Positions 9,028 through 18,589 of a DNA stretch of 64,000 nucleotides are shown one piece after another (the stretch's first letter is position 1; every line of letters starts with the position of its first letter). This stretch comes from a virus. The translations under genes and the position numbers were made by a program. The stretch is from IMG/VR virus record IMGVR_UViG_643692018_000001, positions 30,684 through 94,683 of that record; one strand, written 5' to 3'. The notes under the pieces are model-generated. The model saw only the letters and a program-made list of their open reading frames with translations, ran no database searches and was not told the origin of the DNA.

Positions 9028-9418
9028 CTTGTGCGTCCTTGTGGTTGCAGGCGGCGAGGATTGCGTAGGCAGTCTCACGCCCCTTGGTGGTGGTGGAGAA
9101 GCGGAGTTCAGCCCAATCGGGCATCAATGCGTCCGGCTCATTGTCATCATTCGTCTCATCATGGATGACATGAATAATGCCGCCCTCCACGGAGACGTAG
9201 CCGTCGTCCATGTGCCATTCATGCTCCCCCGTATCCGGGTAGATGCACGGCTCCGGCGGGCCTGGGGTGAGTAGCCCGTAGTCGGCCAGATGCCTTGCGA
9301 TACGTGCGGGGCTGTCCCCGTTTTTCATGCCGTGAGTAATGATGTGCGCGGCTTGGGCCATTTTGTCGGCTCCAGCGGCGATGTGCGCTAGGGAGCGGTG
9401 AAGCTTGTCTTTATCCAT
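9020..9418 (-). CDS. phage protein, 'LxxxGLL' paralog family
   Basis: HLADYGLLTPGP. Confidence 0.6.
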   Translation of the reverse strand: MDKDKLHRSLAHIAAGADKMAQAAHIITHGMKNGDSPARIARHLADYGLLTPGPPEPCIYPDTGEHEWHMDDGYVSVEGGIIHVIHDETNDDNEPDALMPDWAELRFSTTTKGRETAYAILAACNHKDAQDE

Positions 9419-9806
9419 CGTGGTCTCCTAGGATGCGGCTAATTTCGTCTTCCGCGTAGTTGTCCTCAAGCTGTATGCCGTCGAGCGGGTCTGTTGATAG
9501 TTCCACTTTTCCGTAGTGCTCGCTTCTCTTTTTGAGCTGGTCTCGGAGTTCCCGCAATTCCTCACGCATCCGTAGGACTTCCTGCGCGAGTTGTGGGGCG
9601 AGGGCGGCGAGCTTGAAGTTCGCATATTCCTCTTCCGCTGGCGGCTCGCGCCCCACGTCATACATGCTGTTATGGCCCATGTGGAGTGCTAGCCAGTGCT
9701 CGTCCCACCCCTCGGGAACGCCTGCCGCGCCAACTTCGGCGCGCCACGGGCCGGGCGTAGCCTCAGCGAGTAGGCGCTTCAGATTAGCGGTGCTCAGGTC
9801 AGTCAT
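9411..9806 (-). CDS. Ead/Ea22-like phage protein
   Basis: MTDLSTANLKRLLAEATPGPW motif, C-terminal coiled coil. Confidence 0.55.
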   Translation of the reverse strand: MTDLSTANLKRLLAEATPGPWRAEVGAAGVPEGWDEHWLALHMGHNSMYDVGREPPAEEEYANFKLAALAPQLAQEVLRMREELRELRDQLKKRSEHYGKVELSTDPLDGIQLEDNYAEDEISRILGDHDG

Positions 9807-10524
9807 CCTGCACCTCTGTGAGGGTGTAGCGCTTGCCAGTCGGGGTGAGGTCTTCGCGGGCTGCAATGTATACCTCGCCTTAGACTGCGCAGCGGATAGA
9901 CCCAAATCTATCGTGGTAAATCATGACCATTTTGCCCCAGCTCACGTGCTCCGCCTCTGCGAGGTAGTGCTTATCGTCGTCCCATTCCTCCTCGGCCATT
10001 GTGGGTTGTGGCTTCGGTGGCAGGGCGCGAAGTACCAATTCCTGCAATTCTTCCGCCTGCTCGCTGCTATGAATACAGGTATCGGTTAGCGTTTCTAGCG
10101 CTTCGTACGCGGTGATGATTTCTTGGCGGGTTGGTTGGGTCATGGTGTGTGTATCCTTTGCTTGGTCTGCTAGTTTGCGGGTTTCTGCTTCGACTTCCTC
10201 CCACGTCCAGATATGCGGGGCGTGGCCGAGGATGTTCAGAGAGTCCCCTGTTAGGCAGGCGCGCTCAGCACCGGGGTGGTGTCCGTCGCCGAAATGACTG
10301 GTGTCGAAGCCGATCACTAGGTCTGCCTCGTATGTGATTCCGCCGTGAACTTCGATGTCGGGGTGCACCTCAAGCGTGTCGGGGTAATCAAGCCACGGGT
10401 GATTTTCTGGCAGTTCGATGTATCCGTTGATGCTGAATGGCCCCAGTTGTGTCATGCAGTTGATGCCCCGATGGGTGAAGTGCCGGTCAGTGCCGTTGGC
10501 GATACAGGCGAAAGGGTTGGTCAT
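9799..10524 (-). pseudogene. phage gene with premature TAA at 9880-9882
   Basis: Copy at 63431- reads AAA (Lys) here and continues to ...EVQDD. Confidence 0.6.
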
Positions 10525-10573
10525 TGATTGTCCTTGGTCGGTTGTGTGCCCCACTATCAGGCGGGGCTGGGTG

Positions 10574-10864
10574 TTAGGCGGCGAAGGGGCAGACTCCAGT
10601 CCAGCTGGTTTCTACGTCTTCCCAGTAGGCGATTTCGAAGTCCACCTTGGTCTTGAGGGCGGCTTCCAACGCTTCGGGGGCATTGGCCCAGTAGCGGTCA
10701 TCCACCACAGCGGATACAAGGTCATCGTCCGCGTCATTCGGGTCGAGCTGCACGATGACGGGGTGGGTGGTGTCCGGGCCTTCTTCGTGGATGATGGTGA
10801 GGATGGCCTCTACTTCGGTGTAGTCATCCTGGTGCTGGGTGTAGTAGGGGTATGGGAGGCTCAT
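10574..10864 (-). CDS. small acidic phage protein with own promoter
   Basis: MSLPYPYY...; AAAGGA SD; hairpin and promoter upstream. Confidence 0.65.
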   Translation of the reverse strand: MSLPYPYYTQHQDDYTEVEAILTIIHEEGPDTTHPVIVQLDPNDADDDLVSAVVDDRYWANAPEALEAALKTKVDFEIAYWEDVETSWTGVCPFAA

Positions 10865-10888
10865 GTTGTTTCCTTTTGGTTGGGTGGT

Positions 10889-10947
10889 GCGGGGTGGCAG
10901 CCCCGCCTTACACAACAAATGTTACCCCATATTGTTGTGTCGCGCAA
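10889..10947 (-). promoter_or_regulatory. promoter TTGCGC-17-TAACAT plus CUGCCA hairpin
   Basis: GCGGGG-CTGCCA-CCCCGC at 10889-10906. Confidence 0.75.
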
Positions 10948-10956
10948 CTCGAAAGG

Positions 10957-11238
10957 TTAGATGGCGGCGTACGCCTTCACAGCATTGCTCGCGATATACG
11001 AATTGGTGCGGCTTTGACGCATGGAGAGTTCTACGTACTCATCATTGTTCTTGGCGAGGTTGCAGACGGTGGTTTTGGTTTCGTCGATGTCGATGACGTT
11101 GAAGCGGGTGCCGTTCGCAAAGCTGCCGTTTGCGGATGCGTAGCCGCTGTCAGTGTTGGTGAATTTGGTTTTCACGCTGGTGCTAATGCCTTTGGCGATG
11201 CTGTTGACGATGGATTCCACGTTAGAAAGTGATGCCAT
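10957..11238 (-). CDS. phage hypothetical protein
   Basis: 93 aa, AGGAG SD. Confidence 0.55.
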   Translation of the reverse strand: MASLSNVESIVNSIAKGISTSVKTKFTNTDSGYASANGSFANGTRFNVIDIDETKTTVCNLAKNNDEYVELSMRQSRTNSYIASNAVKAYAAI

Positions 11239-11247
11239 GTTGTGCTC

Positions 11248-11472
11248 CTAATTGTCGGTTCCTACGTACTTTGCATATAGGTGACCGTTGCGCATTTGTG
11301 CTTTGAAACCGTTGCCAAACATCACACCCTTGTTGATGCGGGTGCGGTACATGCTGAGGGTTCCGGCTTTGAGTTCGCGTTGTTTGGGGAAGGGTAACCA
11401 CCCGGCGTTAGGGTCTGTGTCTTGCCGGTTGATGAGGTTCTTCTTGAATAGGTCGTACTTGTAGTTACTCAT
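11248..11472 (-). CDS. phage hypothetical protein
   Basis: TAATG coupling to ssb. Confidence 0.6.
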   Translation of the reverse strand: MSNYKYDLFKKNLINRQDTDPNAGWLPFPKQRELKAGTLSMYRTRINKGVMFGNGFKAQMRNGHLYAKYVGTDN

Positions 11473-11939
11473 TAGAACGGCGGGTTTCCTTCCTGCGCGC
11501 CTAGGCCTTGCTGAACGTTCTGCTGGGCTTGCTGGGCTGTGGGCTGTGAAGACCAGGCGTTACCCGTATTGGGTTCAGGCCACGCACTGCCCTGCTGCTG
11601 GTTGTCCGCATACGGCACGGGCAGGCTCACAGTACCTAGGATTGACCAGTCATCCTGTGGGCCTTTGTCGGATTGCCATTCAAAATGCTGGATGCGCCCG
11701 GTCACGTTTACGCGGTCGCCGGGGCGAATGTTGGCGAATACGTCTTTCGCTTCAAATCCGGTGACGGTGACCTTGATGAACTTGGTTGGGCCGTACTCGG
11801 TTCCCCCGGCTTTGTCTTTGCGGCTGGATGACCACATGACGGTCAGCGAGGCGTATTCGTTTCCGTTCTTGCTGGTGCGCATCTCCACGCCCTTATCAGT
11901 GACGCGGGCGCGGTTGATGGTGATGGTGTCGAATGCCAC
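11472..11939 (-). CDS. ssb: single-stranded DNA-binding protein
   Basis: GTG start after GGAGGA; GDRVNVTGRI OB-fold; Q-rich tail ending PPF. Confidence 0.8.
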   Translation of the reverse strand: MAFDTITINRARVTDKGVEMRTSKNGNEYASLTVMWSSSRKDKAGGTEYGPTKFIKVTVTGFEAKDVFANIRPGDRVNVTGRIQHFEWQSDKGPQDDWSILGTVSLPVPYADNQQQGSAWPEPNTGNAWSSQPTAQQAQQNVQQGLGAQEGNPPF

Positions 11940-12181
11940 TAGTTGGTTTCCTCCAGGTGGTTGATTTGGGTTTGGCCGGTTTCGGTTTTTTCGATTAGGC
12001 CTGCGTCTTCTAGTTGGTTGTAGGTTTCGAGGCTGGTCATGCGGGTAATCTCTAAGAACTGGCTGGAGTTCATGACGCGGGTGTTGTGGGTGTCGCAGTG
12101 CGCACTGGCGAGTAGCCACGCGCCCCACGCTTCAGCGGTGAGGTTGGCGTACTTTTCGTTATTCAATGGCGTAATGTTCAC
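11939..12181 (-). CDS. small phage protein
   Basis: 80 aa, coupled. Confidence 0.5.
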   Translation of the reverse strand: MNITPLNNEKYANLTAEAWGAWLLASAHCDTHNTRVMNSSQFLEITRMTSLETYNQLEDAGLIEKTETGQTQINHLEETN

Positions 12182-12892
12182 TTACTTCTCCTTTGGGAAG
12201 ATGATGGGTGAGACGGCGTGTAGCGCTTCGCGGGCGAGGCGCATGACTTGTTGCATTTCGGCATCCGCATCCGGCTGGGTGCGGCGGTCGATGACTTCAC
12301 GCCAGGCGCGGAGGTTGCCGGTGACTACCATGCGGGTTTCGACACAGTTCGGGAGTAGGCCACGTGCCGCCTCATTCCGCTGCTTCTTCGGTAGGCCTTC
12401 TAGATCGTCACGGGCAATCATGTATGCGGTGATTGCTTCGTCTGCCGCGTTGGTGAAGTTGCGTAGCACGTATGGGTCTGTGCTGGCGCGTACGGATGGG
12501 TCTGCGCTGGCGCGGATTGCTGGGGGTAAGACGATGTTGATGTTGTCCGCGTCAATGAAACGCTGTGATTCCACACTAAAGCTCAGGTGGCGGTGGCGGG
12601 TGAGTTCAGCGAGGAAAGCACGGCTCACGCCGGTGAAGTAGAGGGTTGCGGTGGCGTGCTCAGCAATCGACCAGTGACCCTGAGTAAACAGGGTTCGGCG
12701 TAGGTAGTCCGCATCGTCATAGGTGTTGGCGTTCGGACGGTGAAAGCTGCGGTAGCAATTCCTGCCCGCCATGGTGAGTAGGGTTTCCGCATCGGTTGAT
12801 GCGTCTTGAATCCCCATCCACTCCCCTACCGCTTTTTCGTCAATCTTGGTGTGTGCGAGTAGTTGGACGTTGGGCATTGCAAAGTTAGGCAT
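12182..12892 (-). CDS. thyX: flavin-dependent thymidylate synthase
   Basis: GHWSIAEH, ELTRHRHLSFSVESQR, ARGLLP, NLRAW. Confidence 0.95.
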   Translation of the reverse strand: MPNFAMPNVQLLAHTKIDEKAVGEWMGIQDASTDAETLLTMAGRNCYRSFHRPNANTYDDADYLRRTLFTQGHWSIAEHATATLYFTGVSRAFLAELTRHRHLSFSVESQRFIDADNINIVLPPAIRASADPSVRASTDPYVLRNFTNAADEAITAYMIARDDLEGLPKKQRNEAARGLLPNCVETRMVVTGNLRAWREVIDRRTQPDADAEMQQVMRLAREALHAVSPIIFPKEK

Positions 12893-12996
12893 TAGTGGTT
12901 CTCCGGGTTGAGGCGCTGGTGTTCGCGGGCGAGGCTGTTAACAGCGGTGAATATGGCAATGAGCGTGATTGATAGTGCGATTCCCATGACGGTGCC

Positions 12997-13191
12997 CTAG
13001 ATGGTGTTTGCGGCGACGACGGCCCAGAAGTCGGCATCCTCGCCCACGCTGTACACAGCGTTCGGGCCGGTGGCATCGCAGACGATGAGTTCATCGGCAA
13101 TGGCGTCGATGTCGTGCTCGTTGGCGTACTCACCGAGCGGTTCAATGATTTCGCGCTGGATTGCTTCGTTGCGGGTGGTGTAGGTGGTCAT
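12997..13191 (-). CDS. small phage protein (homolog at 56944-57138)
   Basis: REIIEPLGEYA...DADFW shared with prophage 2. Confidence 0.7.
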   Translation of the reverse strand: MTTYTTRNEAIQREIIEPLGEYANEHDIDAIADELIVCDATGPNAVYSVGEDADFWAVVAANTI

Positions 13192-13213
13192 TGGTTTCTC
13201 CTTGGTTGGTTGT

Positions 13214-13279
13214 GGGAGTGGCAGCTCCCTTTTCCTTGGTACGTAACAAATGTTACCCCAAAGGTGTTGTTTAAAGCAA
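13214..13279 (-). promoter_or_regulatory. promoter TTGCTT-18-TAACAT plus CUGCCA hairpin
   Basis: GGGAG-CTGCCA-CTCCC at 13214-13229. Confidence 0.7.
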
Positions 13280-13419
13280 CTTTTGTTGTGCGGTCATTTT
13301 CACGGTGCGCTGTACGCCCGTTTAAGCGGTTGGAATATGCTCTCCGCATGGTGATGTCAGAGGGCCGGTATTGTTCGCTCTGCGTGCCCGTTGGCCCTGG
13401 TTTTTGAGGCGTATTGATG

Positions 13420-13893
13420 TCATTCTGTCAGTAGGTCGAGGATTGGTTGTGTTTGGAGGGCGCTGTTGTTGGGGTTTTGTTGCGTGAGGTAACTCAGTTC
13501 TTCTTTGAGTACTTGGCGGATTTTGCGGCTGTGGGTTTTTTGGGCTGCGGTTCCTACGGCGATTCCTACTGTGGGGGATTTGAGCCAGCGGTTTTTGGCG
13601 TTGTAGCCGTTGATGTAGGCCTCTTGGGTGCCGTAGTCGATGGTGAGATGGCCAGCTTCTTCGAGTTGTGAGCCTGCGATTTCTATGTCTTCGGAGATGA
13701 GGTCACTACTCATTCCGGCGAGGCGTGCGGGGTGCCAGTCAATGACACCTGCCTGGTTGAGGTCTTGGTGTGTGTGCAGGGCGAGGTAGAGCCATTGGGC
13801 GGTGGCGGGGAGGTTGCGAAAGCGGGTTTCGTCCCAGATGTTGGGGTGGAGATTCACGGTGTTTCGTGCGGTGCGGAGTTGACGGCCTGCCAT
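13420..13893 (-). CDS. replication-associated protein
   Basis: IWDETRFRNLPATAQWLYLAL resembles phage replisome-organiser N-termini. Confidence 0.55.
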   Translation of the reverse strand: MAGRQLRTARNTVNLHPNIWDETRFRNLPATAQWLYLALHTHQDLNQAGVIDWHPARLAGMSSDLISEDIEIAGSQLEEAGHLTIDYGTQEAYINGYNAKNRWLKSPTVGIAVGTAAQKTHSRKIRQVLKEELSYLTQQNPNNSALQTQPILDLLTE

Positions 13894-14333
13894 TAGTGGA
13901 TTGCCTTTCGGGTTTGTGCGAGACGGGTTTTCAGGGCCTGAAAGTCTGGGCCTTCGGTGGTGATTTCGTGCGGTTGGGGTGGCGCGCCGGGCACGGCATC
14001 TGGGGTGTAGCGGTCGCCTAGCATTTGCTTGTATTTGGCGTGGAGTCGTTGGGTGCGGAATTCTTCTAGCTCTTGCTTGTCGGTGGGGTTGGTTTCCCAG
14101 CGATTTACGGTGTCGTGGGCTGCTTGGAGCATGTCGCGGGGTGTGCACATTTTGTCTGCTACGCGGTGGGTTGCCCAGAGGTAGACGGCTTCGGCCCAGA
14201 GGCGTGGGGGGTATTCGCGGTTGAGTGCGGTGGCCCAGGCTTGGGTGATGGTGGGGTCTGGTTTGGGGAAGCGGTCGGGGGCTAGTTTTTTGCCTAGGTT
14301 GAGGATTTCAGCGGCGATGCGTGGGCTTACCAT
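13893..14333 (-). CDS. putative helicase loader/Rep partner
   Basis: Position directly after Rep; AWATAL..AEAV..P pattern. Confidence 0.45.
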   Translation of the reverse strand: MVSPRIAAEILNLGKKLAPDRFPKPDPTITQAWATALNREYPPRLWAEAVYLWATHRVADKMCTPRDMLQAAHDTVNRWETNPTDKQELEEFRTQRLHAKYKQMLGDRYTPDAVPGAPPQPHEITTEGPDFQALKTRLAQTRKAIH

Positions 14334-15151
14334 GTGAGTTCCTTTATGGGGTCTGCGTCGATGATGGGTGGTTGGGTGGTGCCTAGCCAGTCTTGGGCGG
14401 TGCTGGTTGGGGTGTGTGGTCGTGGTTGGTGTTGGGGGCGTGCGTTGCGTATCCAGTTGCGCCAGGTGGCGTTCCAGTCTTTTTTCCGGGCTTTGGAGTC
14501 TGGTTGTGAGTTCCAGTAGTCGGTGAATTTGCGGTGTTCAAATTCGAGGTTGATGGTTGGGCATTCGGTTTTCATTTGGGTGATGACTTTTTGGTCTGGT
14601 GTCCATCCGTCTGGGAGTAGGTGTGCGCGTTTGGCGGGTCGCTTGGGTGGTGTTTGCCCTAAGGGTGGTTCTGGGATGGTTAAGGATGGTTCAGGACGGT
14701 TTGTAGGACACAGCTGTGTCCGGTCGTTTGACCCTGGGTGTCCGGTCGTTCGACCCGTGGTGTCCGGTCGTAGTGCCTCAGATGTCCGCCCGGTCATTTT
14801 GTCCGCCCGGTCATCTATGTCCGGTCGTTCGGGGTGCGGGTGGTCATAACTATGTCCGGTCGTTCGGTTCCATAAACACAAGTTCCACACTGTGGGTCGC
14901 CGGTCTTGACGGATGTGCTCCACAAAGCGCGGATCGCCTTTTTGGATCAAGCCACCGGTTTCTAAGTCCTTAAGTTTGCGGCGCACGGTACGCACTGAGC
15001 ATCGGGCACGCTGAGCTATCCAGTCCTGTGATGGGAAAGCTGCTGTTCCGTCATCGTTGGCGCGGTCTGCGAGCGCGTAAAGCACAAGCAAAGCTGTTGC
15101 ATCTCGGGTGGGGGCAGATTCCATGACCCAGTTCATGGCTCTCAGGCTCAT
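14327..15151 (-). CDS. phage replication initiator (N-terminal winged HTH)
   Basis: LLVLYALADRAND..AFPSQDWIAQRARCSVRTVRRKLKDLE; C-terminal FTDYW..KKDWNATWRNW. Confidence 0.85.
   Translation of the reverse strand: MSLRAMNWVMESAPTRDATALLVLYALADRANDDGTAAFPSQDWIAQRARCSVRTVRRKLKDLETGGLIQKGDPRFVEHIRQDRRPTVWNLCLWNRTTGHSYDHPHPERPDIDDRADKMTGRTSEALRPDTTGRTTGHPGSNDRTQLCPTNRPEPSLTIPEPPLGQTPPKRPAKRAHLLPDGWTPDQKVITQMKTECPTINLEFEHRKFTDYWNSQPDSKARKKDWNATWRNWIRNARPQHQPRPHTPTSTAQDWLGTTQPPIIDADPIKELTW
14717..14867. repeat. iterons, probable phage origin
   Basis: TGTCCG(GTCG/CCCG) at 14717, 14739, 14761, 14783, 14800, 14818, 14853. Confidence 0.75.
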
Positions 15152-15388
15152 TAAGATTCATCCCCTCCTAAGCTGTAGGCTTCATAGAATTCACCCCATG
15201 CCTTGCGCACTACCGGCTCATGGTGGTTGAGGATGGTGTACTGGCACAGGAAATTAACCCCAAAGTCCATGGGGTATCCTTCCCCGGCGTCGTTTCGGTG
15301 GCTCTCAATGAGCACGGTTAGAGCTTCGTTGATGATGCGTTGCTCTTCGACAACGTTGGCGTTGGGGTTAGTTTGTGTCTCAGCCATG
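15151..15388 (-). CDS. phage hypothetical protein (MAETQTN...)
   Basis: GGAGGA SD, TAATG coupling. Confidence 0.5.
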
Positions 15389-15515
15389 GCACATCCTCCC
15401 TGGTTGTGTGCGGTGGTTTGCCCGTCTGGTGTTGTGGTGGCACCGGGCGGGCTGTTTCGTGTGATGGTGTGTGTGGTTATTCGTTGTCCGTCACTTGCGT
15501 AACCGGTCCCTGTAA

Positions 15516-15839
15516 TTACAAGTTTGTGATGCGGGGATTCGTGCCTACCCATTCGCGGACTGCTGCCGCGTGACGGGACGGGGTTTGGGACTCAACGAAT
15601 CGGCCTGTCGGCTTGATTAGCCCATCAGCGCGTGCATGACGGAAGAAGCTGCCAATCGTGTTCGGGTGATGTGGCTTTGCATCCCCTAGCAATTCCCGAA
15701 AGTCGTGCGCGGTGAATGGCTCCCCCGTGCTAGCGAGCTGCGCCATAGCTTTTTGCGCGGCCACATTCCATCCCCGGTGGATAGCGATTTCCGCCATGTA
15801 GGCCGCATCACGCGGGTCAATATCAATCATGAGCTGCAT
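15516..15839 (-). CDS. phage protein (homolog at 49365-49673)
   Basis: QLASTGEPFTAHD vs QLAATGQPFTADD. Confidence 0.65.
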   Translation of the reverse strand: MQLMIDIDPRDAAYMAEIAIHRGWNVAAQKAMAQLASTGEPFTAHDFRELLGDAKPHHPNTIGSFFRHARADGLIKPTGRFVESQTPSRHAAAVREWVGTNPRITNL

Positions 15840-15848
15840 CGTGGCCTC

Positions 15849-16679
15849 CTAGGCTGCTTGTCCAATGGTCTTGCGTTTACGGGCTTCGCGGGAGCGCTCC
15901 GTCATTACGCGGGTGTATTCGCGGTAAATGAGGCGCAGCGTTGGGCTAGTGGTGTGACCGCTTTCCACGAGACGTCTGAATGTTCTTCGCTGTCTTTTGA
16001 GTGGCCAGGGCTTGTTTTCGTAGTAGTCGAGGATGCTTTCAGCAAAGCCCAATTCGCGTTTGGTGAGCTGTATCAGTGTGCGCGGTTCTGGATGCTGCTC
16101 ATTTGGGTCATCTATGTCATCCCACATCATGGGTGTTTCCCAGAGGCGGCGCGTTGCTGTCTTGGTAGGCGGGCCAATAACGGGCTTTGTTGCGAGGTTT
16201 TCCCACATGGCGGTGACCTTTTTCGCGGTTTCGGGGCTTACCCAATCTGCCCGGTTGAGGGTGATTTTGCAGATGAGGGCGCGGCTTAGTCCGCTGATTT
16301 CCGCAAGCTTCGCAGCACTGTATCCGGCTGCTTGTAGGGATTGGAGGCGGCGCTCATAGGGCCATGCGGGGGTGTATCCAATGTGGGATGGTGGTGTGGT
16401 AGGTAGCTTTTTGAGGCTGCGGATTGTGGCGTGATGGGTGGCTTTGTTAGCGCCTCTGGTGATGTGGCTGAGACATACGTAGTTGAGGCCGGAGGCCTTG
16501 GCGATGGCCCTCATGCTCCACCCGTTATCGGTGAGATGCTGGATAATTTGTTGGGCTTCTTCTACCGTGTGCTTGGGGTGCAATTTGCCTTTCTGGTAGG
16601 CGTGTTTGGCGCATAGTCCGTCTTTGCGGTAGGTCTTGTTTTGGCAGTTGGGTCGGTTGCAGGATGGTGCTTTGCTCAT
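15849..16679 (-). CDS. double-HTH DNA-binding protein
   Basis: GWSMRAIAKASGL; RRLQSLQAAGYSAAKLAEISGLS. Confidence 0.75.
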   Translation of the reverse strand: MSKAPSCNRPNCQNKTYRKDGLCAKHAYQKGKLHPKHTVEEAQQIIQHLTDNGWSMRAIAKASGLNYVCLSHITRGANKATHHATIRSLKKLPTTPPSHIGYTPAWPYERRLQSLQAAGYSAAKLAEISGLSRALICKITLNRADWVSPETAKKVTAMWENLATKPVIGPPTKTATRRLWETPMMWDDIDDPNEQHPEPRTLIQLTKRELGFAESILDYYENKPWPLKRQRRTFRRLVESGHTTSPTLRLIYREYTRVMTERSREARKRKTIGQAA

Positions 16680-16769
16680 TGGTTGGGTGTGTGTTTGGGG
16701 CTGGCAGGCCCGATGAATATGGCTTGTGGGGGTGTGGTTAGCGGATGCCCCTCCCCGCCGTCCGCCGCG

Positions 16770-17588
16770 CTAGGCGGCTTCGCCCTCAGCGGGCTTACTA
16801 TCCACCACTTCCCCATCCACGTGCTGCGGATAGTCAAGGGCGGATTCGGATAGGTCTACACGCACTGTTTCGTCCGCTGCGATACCCCGATCTAGGTCGG
16901 TAGATGACGGCATCCACTTCGCGAGCTGGCGTACACAGGTCTTGTGGGCCATAGCGTCAAAATTGTCAGCCCACGGGCCAAACACTTCACCTTGCTTGTT
17001 CTTAGCCTTGGCGAATTCATCACGGTAGGCCAGCATTTCGTCCTTACTCATGACGATGAAGCTGTGTCCCCCGGTGGTGAACTTAGCTACCGCGTAGTAG
17101 GCGATTGGGTTGCCCTTCGGACCGTTCATGCATGGCTTGTGGACAAGCTTGTCATCCAGCCCATAGTCAACGTCAAAGTGGTCGTTGGCGTACACGGTGC
17201 GGGCGATAAGCGACTGAATCTGCCCAGAGCGGTGAGCCAGCTCAACTAAGCCACGGTAACCAACCACAAGTTGAGCCACCATGCCGCCCTGCTTCCTATC
17301 CCAGAATGGCAGCAGGTAAGCATGGCCTAGTACGCCGGGACGCAAACCAAGCTGGGAGCACGTCATGAGTCCACCCAGTACGGACTGTGGGGTGCATTCT
17401 GCAAGCTTCGGGGTTTGGCGCAGGCAGGTAAGCGCATCACGTACTAGCTGCTGTGCCTCCATGCCCTTTGGCATTGCGAGCTGGAATTGTGATTCCATGC
17501 TTCGGATTTGGTCTGCCAGGGTGACGGGGCGATTCTGCTTAGCCGGGGCGTTGTTAGCGGCCATACGCTGCTCTAGATTGTTTCCCAT
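16770..17588 (-). CDS. recT: RecT family recombinase
   Basis: LGLRPGVLGHAYLLPF, VGYRGLVELAHRSG, MAHKTCVRQLAKWMP. Confidence 0.92.
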   Translation of the reverse strand: MGNNLEQRMAANNAPAKQNRPVTLADQIRSMESQFQLAMPKGMEAQQLVRDALTCLRQTPKLAECTPQSVLGGLMTCSQLGLRPGVLGHAYLLPFWDRKQGGMVAQLVVGYRGLVELAHRSGQIQSLIARTVYANDHFDVDYGLDDKLVHKPCMNGPKGNPIAYYAVAKFTTGGHSFIVMSKDEMLAYRDEFAKAKNKQGEVFGPWADNFDAMAHKTCVRQLAKWMPSSTDLDRGIAADETVRVDLSESALDYPQHVDGEVVDSKPAEGEAA

Positions 17589-17590
17589 TG

Positions 17591-18589
17591 TTAGTTCTCC
17601 TTTACAGGGTTGATGCTGGTGTACTGGTATTCGGTGTAAACACCGGGTTTTTCAGCCTTGAATTTGTCCATGTCGAACACGGGCCGGGGACGGGTGTACT
17701 GGGTGACTAGTTCAGGCTGGTCTGCCTGTAGGCGCTTCAAGTTGAGCCTTCCGCGCCGGGTGCGTGCCCATACTCGATCACCGCTGGTAAGGCTGTCGTG
17801 GCCGTCCATGAGCTGCGCGAGCTGGGCCTTAGCCTGGTTGAGGTCGTGCTCTGCCTGCTTCTTTCGGGTATCGGCATCCATCCATGCGTCCCAAATGTCT
17901 TGCACTTCGTCTTCGCTTACCTCACGCGGCTGTGGGGTGTGCGCCCACTCGCTTGTGAGGGCTTCAATGGTGCGGGCGTGTCCGTCTACGCCTGGTGGTG
18001 TGTCGGTTTCTACGCAGCGCCAGAACTTTTGTTCCATGTCGAACAGGATTTCCTGAATACGGGGGTTGATTTCATACTCGTAGACTCGCAGGTCTGACCC
18101 AGCAATGAGGGCGGCTACCACTGCCCTATCTGCCCCTGTGACCATTGCGGAGTGCGTGACCTGGATTTCAGCGTGGTCTGCTATCTGGCCGTCCCACTTG
18201 TGGCGCTGCGATAGGTGCACGGTCTTGGCTTCAAAGATGCGTCCGTCTTCTGTCCACCCGTCGAGGTTGCAGCGCATCCAGTCGTGTTTAGTGGACTTGT
18301 AGCCTACTTCTGGCTTTACAATCCCTACGCCTAACTCTTCGGCGGTTGCGTCAAGGATGACCGGCTCTAGGCGGTTTCCCCATTCACGTAGGCGCTCTGT
18401 GGTCTTGTCTACGGGTGGGTCGATGGGTGCGCGCCCGGTCTTAATCTCCCATAGGCTGTAGGGGGATTCGAAGGTGGATAGGCCCGCGATGGCGGATGCG
18501 TCGCTGCTTCCGATACCCTCGTTGCGTTGCGCTAGCCATTCTGCGCGATTGTTTGTCGCTGGTAGCGGCACGTATGTGGTATTATTCAT
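17591..18589 (-). CDS. YqaJ-like viral recombinase exonuclease
   Basis: WLAQRNEGIGSSDA, WGNRLEP, CNLDG, FEAKT. Confidence 0.92.
   Translation of the reverse strand: MNNTTYVPLPATNNRAEWLAQRNEGIGSSDASAIAGLSTFESPYSLWEIKTGRAPIDPPVDKTTERLREWGNRLEPVILDATAEELGVGIVKPEVGYKSTKHDWMRCNLDGWTEDGRIFEAKTVHLSQRHKWDGQIADHAEIQVTHSAMVTGADRAVVAALIAGSDLRVYEYEINPRIQEILFDMEQKFWRCVETDTPPGVDGHARTIEALTSEWAHTPQPREVSEDEVQDIWDAWMDADTRKKQAEHDLNQAKAQLAQLMDGHDSLTSGDRVWARTRRGRLNLKRLQADQPELVTQYTRPRPVFDMDKFKAEKPGVYTEYQYTSINPVKEN

Larger units (their letters stand above)
6590..10205. repeat. long direct repeat, copy 1 (copy 2 at 60222-63837)
   Basis: Identical ORF set at constant offset 53632; few substitutions. Confidence 0.95.

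Noticed and set aside
6590..10205. Terminal repeats of one prophage or assembly duplication
   Set aside because: Copies differ by substitutions, have different flanks, and each sits among its own set of early genes
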